DNA from: Planctomycetota bacterium
GTDB taxonomy: Bacteria; Planctomycetota; B15-G4
Length of the DNA: 64,000 nt
NCBI GenBank assembly: GCA_965248575.1
Contig: CBDFJQ010000002.1
Coordinates: 4,825,834-4,889,833 of the forward strand
Reading direction: 5' to 3'
The translations under genes and the position numbers were made by a program. Below, piece after piece: positions 28,722 through 38,376 of the stretch (positions within the stretch are counted from its first letter, which is position 1; each line of letters starts with the position of its first letter). The notes under the pieces are model-generated. The model was not told the DNA's origin. It ran no database searches and was given only the letters and a program-made list of their open reading frames with translations.

Positions 28722-29501
28722 TTAGCCCTGGCTTTTGTCCTTTCCGAGGAGCTTGCGAGCCGCCTGGAGGGCGCGCGACCTGGCTCTCTCGGCCGTGGCA
28801 GGGGTGATGCCGAAGTGCGCGGCGAGGTCCTCGGTGGTCGCGCCCTCCCTCAGAAGGACGAGAATCTGGGCGTCGCGGTGGGACATCCGGGAGGCGATCC
28901 GGGCGATTTGCTCCAACTCCTCTCGCTTGATGGATCTCTCGACGGGGTGTTGATCGGCTCGATCGGCCACGGGAAGGTCGTGCTCTTCGGGCATGGCGAC
29001 CCGCCTGTCTTCCGACCTCGACTGGGCCGTGTTGTGCCGAACCTTGGTTTTTGCTTTCCAGCCCACACGTTTGTTGAGCAAGGCCAGGAACTCACCACGT
29101 GTCGAGAAGCGCAGTTCGGCCCACGATTCCCAGGTGTCGCAGATGACGCTGTCCAGCAGGTCGACGGTGTCGGTGAGACGGCGAAGCCCCGACGAATGGG
29201 GAAGGGCGCGCGAACCCGCCTTCTTCATCGCGAGAAAGAAATGCCAGACGAACTCGTCGGCGACCTTGCGGGGGGCCGTACGCAGATGGGAGTGGATCTC
29301 ACCGAGTACGGCATCGTCGAGCCTGGACCCAGCTTCCATCCGGCGTTTCACCGCAAGTCTGGCTTGGTCGGTCTCCAGGAATGCCCGCGACTCAGGCCCC
29401 AAAGATAGCTGGGCGTAGCTGCGCACACTCTCCTCGGAAAACAACGTGGACCCAACGTCCGTGCTGGACTCCGGAGCGGGCTCGCGATGGGGAGTGGACA
29501 T
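28722..29501 (-). CDS. ECF sigma factor with an N-terminal extension
   Basis: LRRLTDTVDLLDSV, EFLALL, region 4 RDAQILVLLREGATTEDLAAHFGITPATAERARSRAL. Confidence 0.8.
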   Translation of the reverse strand: MSTPHREPAPESSTDVGSTLFSEESVRSYAQLSLGPESRAFLETDQARLAVKRRMEAGSRLDDAVLGEIHSHLRTAPRKVADEFVWHFFLAMKKAGSRALPHSSGLRRLTDTVDLLDSVICDTWESWAELRFSTRGEFLALLNKRVGWKAKTKVRHNTAQSRSEDRRVAMPEEHDLPVADRADQHPVERSIKREELEQIARIASRMSHRDAQILVLLREGATTEDLAAHFGITPATAERARSRALQAARKLLGKDKSQG

Positions 29502-29562
29502 GCTGCGATTCGTTAGGGGTCTGATGGAAGGCTTGCTTGCCCTGCTCGTCACTGGAGGTCGT

Positions 29563-30354
29563 TCACTGCTGTCGTTCGCCCGGCTCTTCATCCTTGCGGG
29601 CGTAGATGTTGCCGATCCACATTGCCTCGAACGTCCGCCGGCCGCTATCGACCGCTGAGCTGCCGATCTCCAGATGCGAGTCGGTGCTGGGTCCCTGGCC
29701 GGGGTCGGGGAAGTGGAAGCCGAAGTCCAGGATCTTGGCGCCTTGATCGCCGGCCACGAAACCGTGGATGTTGGCGCGGGTGCGAGTCAGCGTCGAGGTC
29801 CGGCCTGGCGTCAGCACTGCGCTCGAGACCTCGCGCAACAGAAAGGGCTTCCCGTGCTCGGATGGCATCGGCGCGCCTTGCTCGGGCTCGAAGTGACGGA
29901 CTTGAGTCTCACCTTTGACGCCGAGCGTGACGAAATCGTAGGCGACATGATTGTGGGGCGGGATGACCGCACCGGGCTCCAGTTCGAGCTCGACCACCAC
30001 GAAGGCTCCCTCAAAGAAGGCGGGCCCCGTCGTCAGACCGTCTCCTTGGTAGGCATCGAACTTGCGACCTGGAAAGGCTGAGGGATCCAGTCGAGCCAGA
30101 CCGGCGCAGAGTTCATGGAGGGCAGCCTCGTCGGCGTCGGACTCCGATGTCGTGATGGCTTGAGCGCGGCCGGCCCATTGCTCGAAGAAGGCTGCGACAT
30201 CTCCACTCGCATGGGCGTCGTCGTTTGCTTGGGTGCGGCCGTGGGCTTGGGCCCAACTCGTCAGCACTCCCATGGCGGGGAGCGCCAGGGCTCCACGCAG
30301 GAATGCACGTCGGCGCACGGCGACCCCCGGGTGCGGATGATGTTTGCTTTCCAT
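29563..30354 (-). CDS. Tat-exported cupin, cysteamine dioxygenase / plant cysteine oxidase (PCO_ADO)-like
   Basis: Twin-Arg signal VRRRAFLRGAL..AQA; VIPPHNH, ANIHGF, ILDFG 3-His thiol dioxygenase pattern. Confidence 0.75.
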   Translation of the reverse strand: MESKHHPHPGVAVRRRAFLRGALALPAMGVLTSWAQAHGRTQANDDAHASGDVAAFFEQWAGRAQAITTSESDADEAALHELCAGLARLDPSAFPGRKFDAYQGDGLTTGPAFFEGAFVVVELELEPGAVIPPHNHVAYDFVTLGVKGETQVRHFEPEQGAPMPSEHGKPFLLREVSSAVLTPGRTSTLTRTRANIHGFVAGDQGAKILDFGFHFPDPGQGPSTDSHLEIGSSAVDSGRRTFEAMWIGNIYARKDEEPGERQQ

Positions 30355-30510
30355 ATGCAGCAAGCTCCAACCAAAGGGTGTTCGAGTGTGTGTCCTTGCC
30401 GATGAGCGGCGTGACGCAGGCGTGCCCTGACTCTCAGGCAAGAGTCGTCGTCTGTCAAAGCATCGCAAGGTGACGTGTTCATGCTGCAGAGCTGCGTTGG
30501 ATGCCAGCGC

Positions 30511-31491
30511 CTAGAACAGCCGCGATTGCTGTTGAGGTTTTCCGAGCTGATTCCATGGAAGTTCGGGTACGGAAGCACCCCGTTGCTCAAGCAGCGCTTG
30601 CAGTCGCCGGGCAATGAAGGGCGAGTGGTCTTCGATCGGGCAATGGCAGAAGGCATAGACCTCCCGTTGCTCCTCCAACCAACCCTGGATCAGCTCGGCC
30701 CAACGCACGAGCCACGGGTCGTTGAGTTCTCGTTGTGGGTGGGCGATGAAGCGCAGCATCACGCGCTGACCGGGTGGCTCGATGGGAACCGGCAGCCGGG
30801 GTTTCTTGCGTGGGTTGTCTCTTTGAGGGTCGTCGTCGAAGTGGAAGACGGGGCGCGTGTCGAGAATGACGCGCCCGACCTGGCGCTCACAGAGGGCAGC
30901 GTGCAAGCGGGGGGCCACGTCTGCGGAGAACCAACCCAGGTGCCGGAACTCGACCAGCAATTCGGGTGCTCCCGCAGGCCAGGCGTCGAGGAAGGCGAGC
31001 AGGTCTCCCATGAAGGCGGGGCCGTAGCGCGGTGGCAGCTGGAGCAGCACGGGGCCGCAGTGTTCGCCGAGCAAGGCCAATTGTCGCAAGGAGTGGTCGC
31101 GCAGATCGGGGCGCGCCATGAGCAGGCCTTCGTGCGTGAGTTCCCGCGGAAGTTTGGGGAGGATCTGGAAGCCCTGGGGCATGCTGTCGCGCCAGCGCTC
31201 AAGGGTGGCTGGTGCTGGCATTCCGTAGAAGAAGCTGTTGCCTTCGACCGCCTGGAAGCGCTGCACGTACTCTTCGAGGTGACGGCGTTGCGGGGTTCCC
31301 TCTGGGAAGACGGGGCCAATCCAGCCAGCGTGACACCAGACCGCACATCCAAGATGGAACCGGCCAGGCTGAATGGTCGCGCAAGGCTGGAGTGCGGCGT
31401 TCGGAGATGCCTTCGGTGTTTCCGGAGCGAGTCTCGACGGGCGATGGTCGGCGTCGCGAGTCGGAGAAGGGGGGGCATCCTTCGGTGGCAT
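30511..31491 (-). CDS. DUF72 (YecE-like) protein
   Basis: LGCAVW, AVEGNSFFYG, PKLPRELTH, LLQLPP, VEFRH, YAFCHCP; ends QSRLF. Confidence 0.9.
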   Translation of the reverse strand: MPPKDAPPSPTRDADHRPSRLAPETPKASPNAALQPCATIQPGRFHLGCAVWCHAGWIGPVFPEGTPQRRHLEEYVQRFQAVEGNSFFYGMPAPATLERWRDSMPQGFQILPKLPRELTHEGLLMARPDLRDHSLRQLALLGEHCGPVLLQLPPRYGPAFMGDLLAFLDAWPAGAPELLVEFRHLGWFSADVAPRLHAALCERQVGRVILDTRPVFHFDDDPQRDNPRKKPRLPVPIEPPGQRVMLRFIAHPQRELNDPWLVRWAELIQGWLEEQREVYAFCHCPIEDHSPFIARRLQALLEQRGASVPELPWNQLGKPQQQSRLF

Positions 31492-31519
31492 GGAGCCATC
31501 ATGCCAGCTCAAGGATCCC

Positions 31520-31628
31520 AAGAGCTGCAGCAATCGAGCTGGTTCTCGACGAGATCGAACGTCTCTTGAAGACCCCCGGGATGGTGGAGAACAAGGCTGA
31601 GAAGAAGACGGAAGCTGCAGCGCGCTGA
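31520..31628 (+). pseudogene. Orphan C-terminal gene fragment (...AAIELVLDEIERLLKTPGMVENKAEKKTEAAAR*)
   Basis: Coding-like codons and a natural-looking C-terminus, but no credible start; the upstream frame overlaps DUF72 antisense. Confidence 0.3.
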
Positions 31629-31727
31629 GCTTTTCGACCTGCCGCCCGGCGTACACGACGTCGGCAGCCACGGAGCCGCTGGCGAGCGACCCCGTGGCCG
31701 TGATGGGCTGCGTCTGCGTCACAAGGT

Positions 31728-31955
31728 TCAGCTCGTTTCGAACTCGAGCTCGCCGACCGACCGGTTGCCACTCTCCTGCTGGACGATGATATCCAGGGCG
31801 TATTCGGTCTCATCGAAGAGGAATTGCTCCGGGATGCTGACCTCGGGTTTCTGTTCCGGGCCTTCCATCATGAGCGTGAGCACGAGGTCTTCGCCGGAGA
31901 CGGGGCTCTCGAACTCCAGCACGACGGTGTAGAAGGCCAAGGTGATCGCGACGGC
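31728..31955 (-). pseudogene. Truncated gene fragment or very small beta-rich protein (...FYTVVLEF...ELEFETS*)
   Basis: Strong GC3 bias and acidic beta-strand pattern; only a TTG start without SD; in-frame stop about 10 codons upstream. Confidence 0.4.
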
Positions 31956-31973
31956 CCGCTGCGGGCACCTCGT

Positions 31974-32588
31974 TCATTCCAACCACGCGTGGGTCACGTA
32001 TCCGTCGATGAACTTGATGACGGTGCTCTCCGATTCATCTTCGGATTCGTAGACCCAGCTCAGGGATTTCTCATTGTTGCCCCAGGTCGTCGTGGGTGTG
32101 CCGTAACGCGCATAGATCTGGCCTGGAGACATGCCGAACACGCTGAGTGGCGCTGAATCCGTTTGCTCGCTGAGACTCTCGCGCAAGAAGCTCACCGCTT
32201 GGCGATCATGGTTGCGCGGGGTGCCGGGGCGCACGTGTCCAGGGCTGTGGGACGCCTCTGACACCGTCGTGATCAGTCGCTCACTGAGGGCATCGAAGAA
32301 CTCGTTGAGTTCTGCCCTGGAGGGCGTTGCAGCTTCTCCGGCGCTGAGTGGCCGAGGGTCCAGGCCCAAGCTGCTGCTGTCTGCCCTGCCGTTGGCGTGG
32401 CCGCTAGAGGCGGACGGCAGTTCAAGGGCCCGACGCATCGCCGTCAGTTCACGCAGCAAGGGGTCGAGGTCGAAGTGGACCTCCGGCGCTGATGCAATCG
32501 CTGGGGCGCTCACGGGCGCGACCAGGAGACTTGCACAGAAGCCAGCTACCCCGCCGGCCAGCAAGGCGGCAACAATCTCGATCTTCAT
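31974..32588 (-). CDS. Membrane-anchored hypothetical protein with an SmpA/BamE-like C-terminal domain
   Basis: N-terminal signal/TM; GMSPGQIYARYGTP..WVY..IKFIDGYV. Confidence 0.7.
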   Translation of the reverse strand: MKIEIVAALLAGGVAGFCASLLVAPVSAPAIASAPEVHFDLDPLLRELTAMRRALELPSASSGHANGRADSSSLGLDPRPLSAGEAATPSRAELNEFFDALSERLITTVSEASHSPGHVRPGTPRNHDRQAVSFLRESLSEQTDSAPLSVFGMSPGQIYARYGTPTTTWGNNEKSLSWVYESEDESESTVIKFIDGYVTHAWLE

Positions 32589-32888
32589 CCTTGGCCTCAG
32601 GTTCTTCGGGTATCCATTCGGCGGCCCGCTCGCGCGGGCTTGTGGCTCAGGAGCATAGCGATGCCTGTGGCGTGACGATGTCTGGGCTGGCCAAACAGGT
32701 GGTCGGCGCTGGGGCTCGCACGACAGGATAGCCGTGCTTTTCTCAATCAGCGCGGCCATGACGGCGCCGCTGGTCGCCAAGCGGGCCGTTCGTGTCAACC
32801 GAATGCTCATCCGGCTTGTATCTACGGGTGAGACCACTGGCGGGAACCGCCGGCCGGCTCGATAACCACCTTTGCGGGGACTCCTCCC

Positions 32889-33224
32889 ATGAACATGGCC
32901 GTACTCATTTCAGCCGCCAGCCTCCTGGCCCTCAGTTTCCTTGTCTTCGTCGTCATGAGGTTTCGTGATCAGCTGGTCCGGGAAGCTCAGCGCCTCGGCT
33001 ATCCTTCGCTGTCGAGCTATCTCCGGGCCGCGCCGCGCACGGATGAGGAGAAGCGCGACGCCGTCAGCCTTGCCCTGAAGGGTCTCGTGCTCTGCATGCT
33101 GGGCCTCTTCTTTCCGCCCTTCCTGCTGCTGGGCCTCCTGCCCCTGTTCTACGGTGCCCGCAAGGTGGCTTGGGCGAGCCTGGGGCTGGGTCTCGTGGAT
33201 GACGCTGATCAGACGGGCGTGTGA
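32889..33224 (+). CDS. Small membrane protein
   Basis: Three hydrophobic segments; first gene of the ECF operon. Confidence 0.75.
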   Translation: MNMAVLISAASLLALSFLVFVVMRFRDQLVREAQRLGYPSLSSYLRAAPRTDEEKRDAVSLALKGLVLCMLGLFFPPFLLLGLLPLFYGARKVAWASLGLGLVDDADQTGV

Positions 33225-33917
33225 GTGACACGGCTCACCCCCATGGAGCAGCAGCGTGAACAGGAGCCTGACCTGGCTGCGGTGCGTGCGGCGATTCTCG
33301 CCGTGCGCGGCGGGGATCGGGAAGCCTTCAGCAGGGTGGTCGAGTTGTACCAGCAACGGCTCTTCGGCTTGGCGCTGATGATGGTGCGCGAGGCCCAAGG
33401 TGCGGAAGAGGTGACGCAGGATGCCTTCGTGCGGGCCTTCAGTCGCTTGCATCTCTACGACGAAGCACGACCGTTCTATCCCTGGCTCGCGACCATCGCC
33501 GTCAGACTCTCCCAGAACTGGCTCGGCCGCCGTGGACGCATCAACACGCGGGAGAAGGGGGGCGTCGAGGAGGTACGCGAGTCGGCCAAGACCGGCGACC
33601 CGGTGGACCTGCTCATCAGTGATGAACGGGGCCGGCAGCTCTGGAGGTCGGTGGCTGCACTCCCGTCAGGGGAGCGGACGGCAGTCGCCCTCTACTACCG
33701 CCAGGGCATGAAGGTCAACGAGGTGGCGCAAGCGCTGGGAGTGACAGCGGGCACCGTGAAGACCTTGCTCTTCAGAGCACGCAAGAAACTGCGAGGTGTC
33801 CTGGAGGAAGCTGACGATCGCAGCAGCGTTGGTGACACCCGCGCCGGACGACAACGACTACCACGGGACCCGACCCCGGGGTCGATGACTGAGACTCCTT
33901 CGAGGCCCATTACATGA
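33225..33917 (+). CDS. ECF RNA polymerase sigma factor
   Basis: GAEEVTQDAFVRA..FYPWL; region 4 MKVNEVAQALGVTAGTVKTLLFRARKKL. Confidence 0.92.
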   Translation: MTRLTPMEQQREQEPDLAAVRAAILAVRGGDREAFSRVVELYQQRLFGLALMMVREAQGAEEVTQDAFVRAFSRLHLYDEARPFYPWLATIAVRLSQNWLGRRGRINTREKGGVEEVRESAKTGDPVDLLISDERGRQLWRSVAALPSGERTAVALYYRQGMKVNEVAQALGVTAGTVKTLLFRARKKLRGVLEEADDRSSVGDTRAGRQRLPRDPTPGSMTETPSRPIT

Positions 33918-34315
33918 TCACGCGCGACATCGACCTGATGGAACTCCCCGAGCCCGTCATGCCACGTGGATTGTCCCGGGGCATCCAGGACAGCCTCGCC
34001 GACGTTTCTGGGGCTGCTCAAGAGTCAGCGTCCGCCCCATCAGCGGCGCACGATGGGTCAGCCAGGGCTCGTACTGTCCGCTTCTTCTGGGTGCTCGCGC
34101 TGCTCGGTCTCACTCTCGCCGTGGGGGCGGAGGTCTATCGCGTCCTGGTGGGGGAATCGATGACGGACTTCAGCGCCGTGAGATGGAGAAGTCCTTGGGA
34201 AGGCCCGTGGAGCACGACGCCTTGGGGGCCAGCTTTCAGCGTGCTGATGGCCGGATCAGCGATGGCCGGCGTGGGGCTGTACGGCCTGTGTCGGGCCATG
34301 GGGCCCAGGTCCTAG
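33914..34315 (+). CDS. Putative two-TM anti-sigma factor
   Basis: ATGA-coupled to the ECF gene; LPEPVMPRGL N-terminus; two TM segments. Confidence 0.55.
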   Translation: MITRDIDLMELPEPVMPRGLSRGIQDSLADVSGAAQESASAPSAAHDGSARARTVRFFWVLALLGLTLAVGAEVYRVLVGESMTDFSAVRWRSPWEGPWSTTPWGPAFSVLMAGSAMAGVGLYGLCRAMGPRS

Positions 34316-34370
34316 GGCATGGAGGGCCTAGGGCTTGCCTGGCGCCTGGCAACGGCCCGTTGTTCGCCCG

Positions 34371-34913
34371 TCAGTTGAGCACCACGCGCTCCAAGGCGTC
34401 GCCCTTGATCACGATGCTGTTGTTGATCCGGGAGAGCCAGAGGGCGCGGGTCTCTGGGTCCATGCGGGCCAGCTTCTGGGCGTAGGTCACTCGATGGAGG
34501 CCGTCATTCCCGCGCAGCAGCCGAACCAGTGCGTGTTGGTCGGCGCTCGCCTGGCATCCGGCGGTACGCCACTCGTAGGAAATGCCGTATTCGTCCTGGA
34601 GAAGGGTCGTGAAGGTGGCGCCCGGGCAGGCTGCCAGGAGCTCGGAGCGAGCCTGCACGACGGACTCCGAGAGGCTGAGCTCCGAGTTCTCGAGGAATTC
34701 GATGGTGATTCGATGGGTCCAGAAGTGGAGTTGTTGGCCGACAGGGATGAGCTGGGTGATGGCTCCCTTGCCCTCTCCACGGTCATGGGTCTGGCCAAGG
34801 GTCCATGCGGGGCCGACGCCGGGCAGCTGGACCGTCTCAAGTGGTGTTGCGCAGGCAGCAAGGGTGAGGAGGGCGGGGAGAATGCACGCCCGGGCAACGC
34901 GGGATGGCCACAT
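34371..34913 (-). CDS. Hypothetical lipoprotein
   Basis: Lipobox LAAC; CPG...YEWRTAGC Cys pair. Confidence 0.75.
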   Translation of the reverse strand: MWPSRVARACILPALLTLAACATPLETVQLPGVGPAWTLGQTHDRGEGKGAITQLIPVGQQLHFWTHRITIEFLENSELSLSESVVQARSELLAACPGATFTTLLQDEYGISYEWRTAGCQASADQHALVRLLRGNDGLHRVTYAQKLARMDPETRALWLSRINNSIVIKGDALERVVLN

Positions 34914-34990
34914 GATCTCGACAGCTCCGAATCTGAGTTGGGCAGCGCCACCCACACGGTCGACCCGCAGCCGTGACACCAGCGCGAACC

Positions 34991-36961
34991 CTACGCAGTG
35001 GCCGAGCGTTCGGCCACCGACTTCCGCAGAGCGTCGGCGATCTTGGCCAGCAGCACGTGCATCTGGGTCGGCTTCTGGATGACTCCGGCAAGGCCGGCAC
35101 CCTGGAATCGATTGAGCATCTCTTGCTCAGTGAATCCGCTGCTCAGCACGACACAGACATCGCTGCGGATCTGGAGCAGCTCCGCAAAGGCCTCCGCCCC
35201 GTCGAGTCTTGGCATGTTCAGATCCAACAGGACGCAATCGATGTTGTCCGCTTCCCGACGGTAGATGTCGACGACCTCTTGCCCGTCGACGGCCTGCAGC
35301 ACCCGGTAGCCAGCTTGTTCCAGCATGGCGACAAGCACTTCGCGAACGACCTGCTCATCATCGCCGATGAGCACACACGCGCTGACTCCCTCCACTCGTT
35401 CTGATTGCGCGAGGGGGAGCTCGTCGGCCGAGAGGGTCGCGCAGGGCAGGAGCAGGCTGACCGTCGTCCCGGTGCCCGGCATGCTCTCCACCGTGATGGT
35501 GCCGCCGTGGCCACGAACGATTCCTTGAACGGCTGCGAGCCCCAGGCCTCGGCCGTTGGGCTTCGTGGAGAAGAAGGGGTCGAAGATCTTCGCCTGGGTC
35601 TCGGATGCCATCCCAGGACCGGTGTCCGTGACCCAGATGCTCACGTAATCGCCCCCCTCAAGGGGGTAATTGGGGTGGCTCAGTTCCAGCTCTTCGGCCG
35701 TGTACTGGGTCATCTTCGTGCCGAGGACGATGCTGCCTTCGTTCGTGCCGATGGCGTCGGCTGCGTTGGTGATCAGGTTCATCACCACTTGGCGCAGCTG
35801 GCTGCGGTCGGCGAGGACGCCCAGAGGGCTCGGGTGCAACAGGTAGTCCAGTGAGACCTTCTTGGACATGGCGACCTTGAGCAGGTCGCCCAGTTCTCTG
35901 ACGAGGGCGTTGCAGTCCAGAAGTTCAGCGGACGTCGCTCCCCGTCCAGCGTAGGCCAGCATCTGATTGCAGAGGTCGGTCGCCGAGAGGCTTGCCGTGA
36001 CGATCCTCTTCAAGTTCAAGCTGGCATCTGAACCCTCGGGCAGCCTGATCATCGCGAGCTCTGCGTTGCCCATGATGGCTGCCAGGAGGTTGTTGAAGTC
36101 GTGCGCCACACCTCCGGCGAGCACTCCAACGGCTTCCATCTTGGTGGCCTGGCGTAGCTGGAGCTCCAGGCGATCTCGTTCGATGGCGAGACCCACCATG
36201 CGGGCGGCGATTTCCAGCACGTCGAGTTGATGCTGACTCGGCGAGTTGGGCTTGCGGTCGTAGAGCGCTATGGCTCCCAAGACATCGCCACCGGTGCTGG
36301 CGGTGATGGGGAAGGACCAGCAGGCGGCGACGCCAGCGATGTTTGCCGCCTCGCGCAGGTTCTGCCAAAGGGGGTCCGTGAAGATGTCCTCGACGACGAC
36401 CGGGACACCCCAATACGCGGCCGTACCGCACGAGCCCACGGTTGGTCCGATGCGCAAGCCTTCGACGGAATGGTTGTACTGATCCGGAAGGCTTGGGCCG
36501 GCACCAACGGTCACATGGGTGCGTTCATCGTTCACGAGCAAGATCGAGCAGCGCAGCCCGTCGGTCTTTGCCTCGATGATGTGCACCATGGCTTCAAGAG
36601 TTTGCGTCAAGGTGGCGCGCATGGGAGCCATGCCCGCCTGCATCGGGTTGGGCGAGGGCAGCGGGTCCTTGTGTGGCACGCCCAACGCCACGACCTGATG
36701 GTCGTGGGTCCTGACACGCCACTCCAGGCTGATCCACTCGCCCTTGTGGGTTTGGTGCCGGGCTTGGGTTCGACCTTCGCCGAATTCCAACTTCTGCTGG
36801 AGCTGTTCTCTGTCATCCGGATGGATGCAGTCGAGCAGGGGTATGGGGGCGAGCGCCTCGCTGGTCAGTCCGAAGGCCTCGGTGAAAGCGGAGTTGACGC
36901 GCGAGACGGAGTTTGGCTCCAGGGAGCGCAGAATCATCGGTTGGTTCGAACGAGTGATCAT
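34991..36961 (-). CDS. Cytoplasmic hybrid histidine kinase (PAS-GAF-HisKA-HATPase-REC)
   Basis: IHPDD (PAS), GSCGTAAY (GAF), AGGVAHDFNN (H box), NLITNA, DTGPG, FFSTK..GLGL, LLDLNMP (REC). Confidence 0.95.
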   Translation of the reverse strand: MITRSNQPMILRSLEPNSVSRVNSAFTEAFGLTSEALAPIPLLDCIHPDDREQLQQKLEFGEGRTQARHQTHKGEWISLEWRVRTHDHQVVALGVPHKDPLPSPNPMQAGMAPMRATLTQTLEAMVHIIEAKTDGLRCSILLVNDERTHVTVGAGPSLPDQYNHSVEGLRIGPTVGSCGTAAYWGVPVVVEDIFTDPLWQNLREAANIAGVAACWSFPITASTGGDVLGAIALYDRKPNSPSQHQLDVLEIAARMVGLAIERDRLELQLRQATKMEAVGVLAGGVAHDFNNLLAAIMGNAELAMIRLPEGSDASLNLKRIVTASLSATDLCNQMLAYAGRGATSAELLDCNALVRELGDLLKVAMSKKVSLDYLLHPSPLGVLADRSQLRQVVMNLITNAADAIGTNEGSIVLGTKMTQYTAEELELSHPNYPLEGGDYVSIWVTDTGPGMASETQAKIFDPFFSTKPNGRGLGLAAVQGIVRGHGGTITVESMPGTGTTVSLLLPCATLSADELPLAQSERVEGVSACVLIGDDEQVVREVLVAMLEQAGYRVLQAVDGQEVVDIYRREADNIDCVLLDLNMPRLDGAEAFAELLQIRSDVCVVLSSGFTEQEMLNRFQGAGLAGVIQKPTQMHVLLAKIADALRKSVAERSATA

Positions 36962-37016
36962 CCCGGCATTCTCACGCCGCCCTGCCCGTCTCGCAAGCGG
37001 GCGGTCGAGAAGCGGA

Positions 37017-37397
37017 TCACTGACCCAAGGAAAGCACGAACTCCGCCAATCGACGGCGTGTTTCCAGTCCCAACTGGTCGTAGGCGGGCATGTCCTCACC
37101 GCTCAGGCGGTCAATATCGGCCGCCATGGCCACAGGGTCTAGGAGGTACTGGCTCAGCGAATCGACGGTCCAGCTGGACAGATGGGGCAGCAAGTCAGGG
37201 CCAGGGCGCCAGAACGAACTCGAGCCGTCCGCGCCGTGGCAGAGCGCGCAACGCTGGGTTTCGTAGAGCAGTGCCCCCGACTGTTCGTGGACCTCCATCT
37301 CCGTCGCGGGGCCCGAACAGGCCTGGGCAAACACGAGCGCGAGAGTTGTCAGCAGCAAGCAGGTTCGTGAGAGCGGGCGATTCTGGGGCGTCGACAT
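37017..37397 (-). CDS. Monoheme cytochrome c lipoprotein
   Basis: Lipobox AQAC; CALCHG heme motif; GPDL; distal MP. Confidence 0.85.
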   Translation of the reverse strand: MSTPQNRPLSRTCLLLTTLALVFAQACSGPATEMEVHEQSGALLYETQRCALCHGADGSSSFWRPGPDLLPHLSSWTVDSLSQYLLDPVAMAADIDRLSGEDMPAYDQLGLETRRRLAEFVLSLGQ

Positions 37398-37488
37398 GGC
37401 TGCAAGGCTGCGAAGTGGGCGCGGAGCGGTCAAGGGAGCTGCAAGGGCAGTCCTCCAAGGGCAATCCAGGGAGGGGTACGATCTGAGG

Positions 37489-38376
37489 ATGCCCGCACTC
37501 TCGCTGGTGGTTCTTCTCGGTCCCTACCGGAATCTCACGACCCTGACGGCGTCGACGCTCGCGTTGCATCCCGAGGTGGTCAGCTTCAACCATGGCTACT
37601 TGCGCCTCTGCGAGTCGGGGTTGGACTTCTGGAATCGCGTGGACGACACCGAAGATGTCCTGGCCCGATTCACGGACTGGGCGCTTCAGAACTTCACCAA
37701 GGGGGAGCGCGGTCCGCTGGGCGGGAACATCACGCTGTCCCACGCCTTCGATTCCGAGCACGGCGAACTCTCCCGCCACAGGCAACGAGCGTTGGAGACG
37801 TCAGCTGATGAGGTGCGGGTCTTGGTGCTCAAGGAGAGCGGGCGCATCACCCGTGATCTGCGTGATGGTGGGTTCGACAACCTGCGCGGTATAGAAGCCC
37901 TGTTGGAGCGCTGGGGCAACCGCCTCAAGTTCGTTCGGCCGATTCGACATCCGTTCAAATGTGTCCAGTCGAATTTGCGATCCTCCCACCCGCATCACAC
38001 CGACTTCGTGCGGCGCGGAGGGACGCGCACTGCCGTGGATGCGGCGAAGTTCCTGGAGTGGTGTGTTCGCGACCTGGCATGGTTCCTGGCACTGGAGGAT
38101 CGCTTTCCAAAGCACTTCTTCCACTTTGGAGAACACCGCATGGCGGTCGATGAACTGCTGGCTTTTCTGGGCCTTTCTGCCGACACCGGCGATCTTGAGC
38201 TGATGGCGAGGGTCTTCCGGGCCTCGCCCAGCGAACGCTCCAGGGTGGTGGAGGGCGAACTCTCGCTGGGGGACTGGATGTCGCGGCACCCCGCGGGCGA
38301 GCCACCCAGCGCCCATGAGCTGGCTGCCGTTCAGGCCATGCGGGAAGTGATCGACGGAGGTGCCCTTTGCCCCTGA
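37489..38376 (+). CDS. Sulfotransferase-like P-loop protein
   Basis: LGPYRNLTTL (5'-PSB-like), LHPEV, PIRHP..VQSN (3'-PB-like); TACGAT-6nt-ATG start. Confidence 0.65.
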   Translation: MPALSLVVLLGPYRNLTTLTASTLALHPEVVSFNHGYLRLCESGLDFWNRVDDTEDVLARFTDWALQNFTKGERGPLGGNITLSHAFDSEHGELSRHRQRALETSADEVRVLVLKESGRITRDLRDGGFDNLRGIEALLERWGNRLKFVRPIRHPFKCVQSNLRSSHPHHTDFVRRGGTRTAVDAAKFLEWCVRDLAWFLALEDRFPKHFFHFGEHRMAVDELLAFLGLSADTGDLELMARVFRASPSERSRVVEGELSLGDWMSRHPAGEPPSAHELAAVQAMREVIDGGALCP

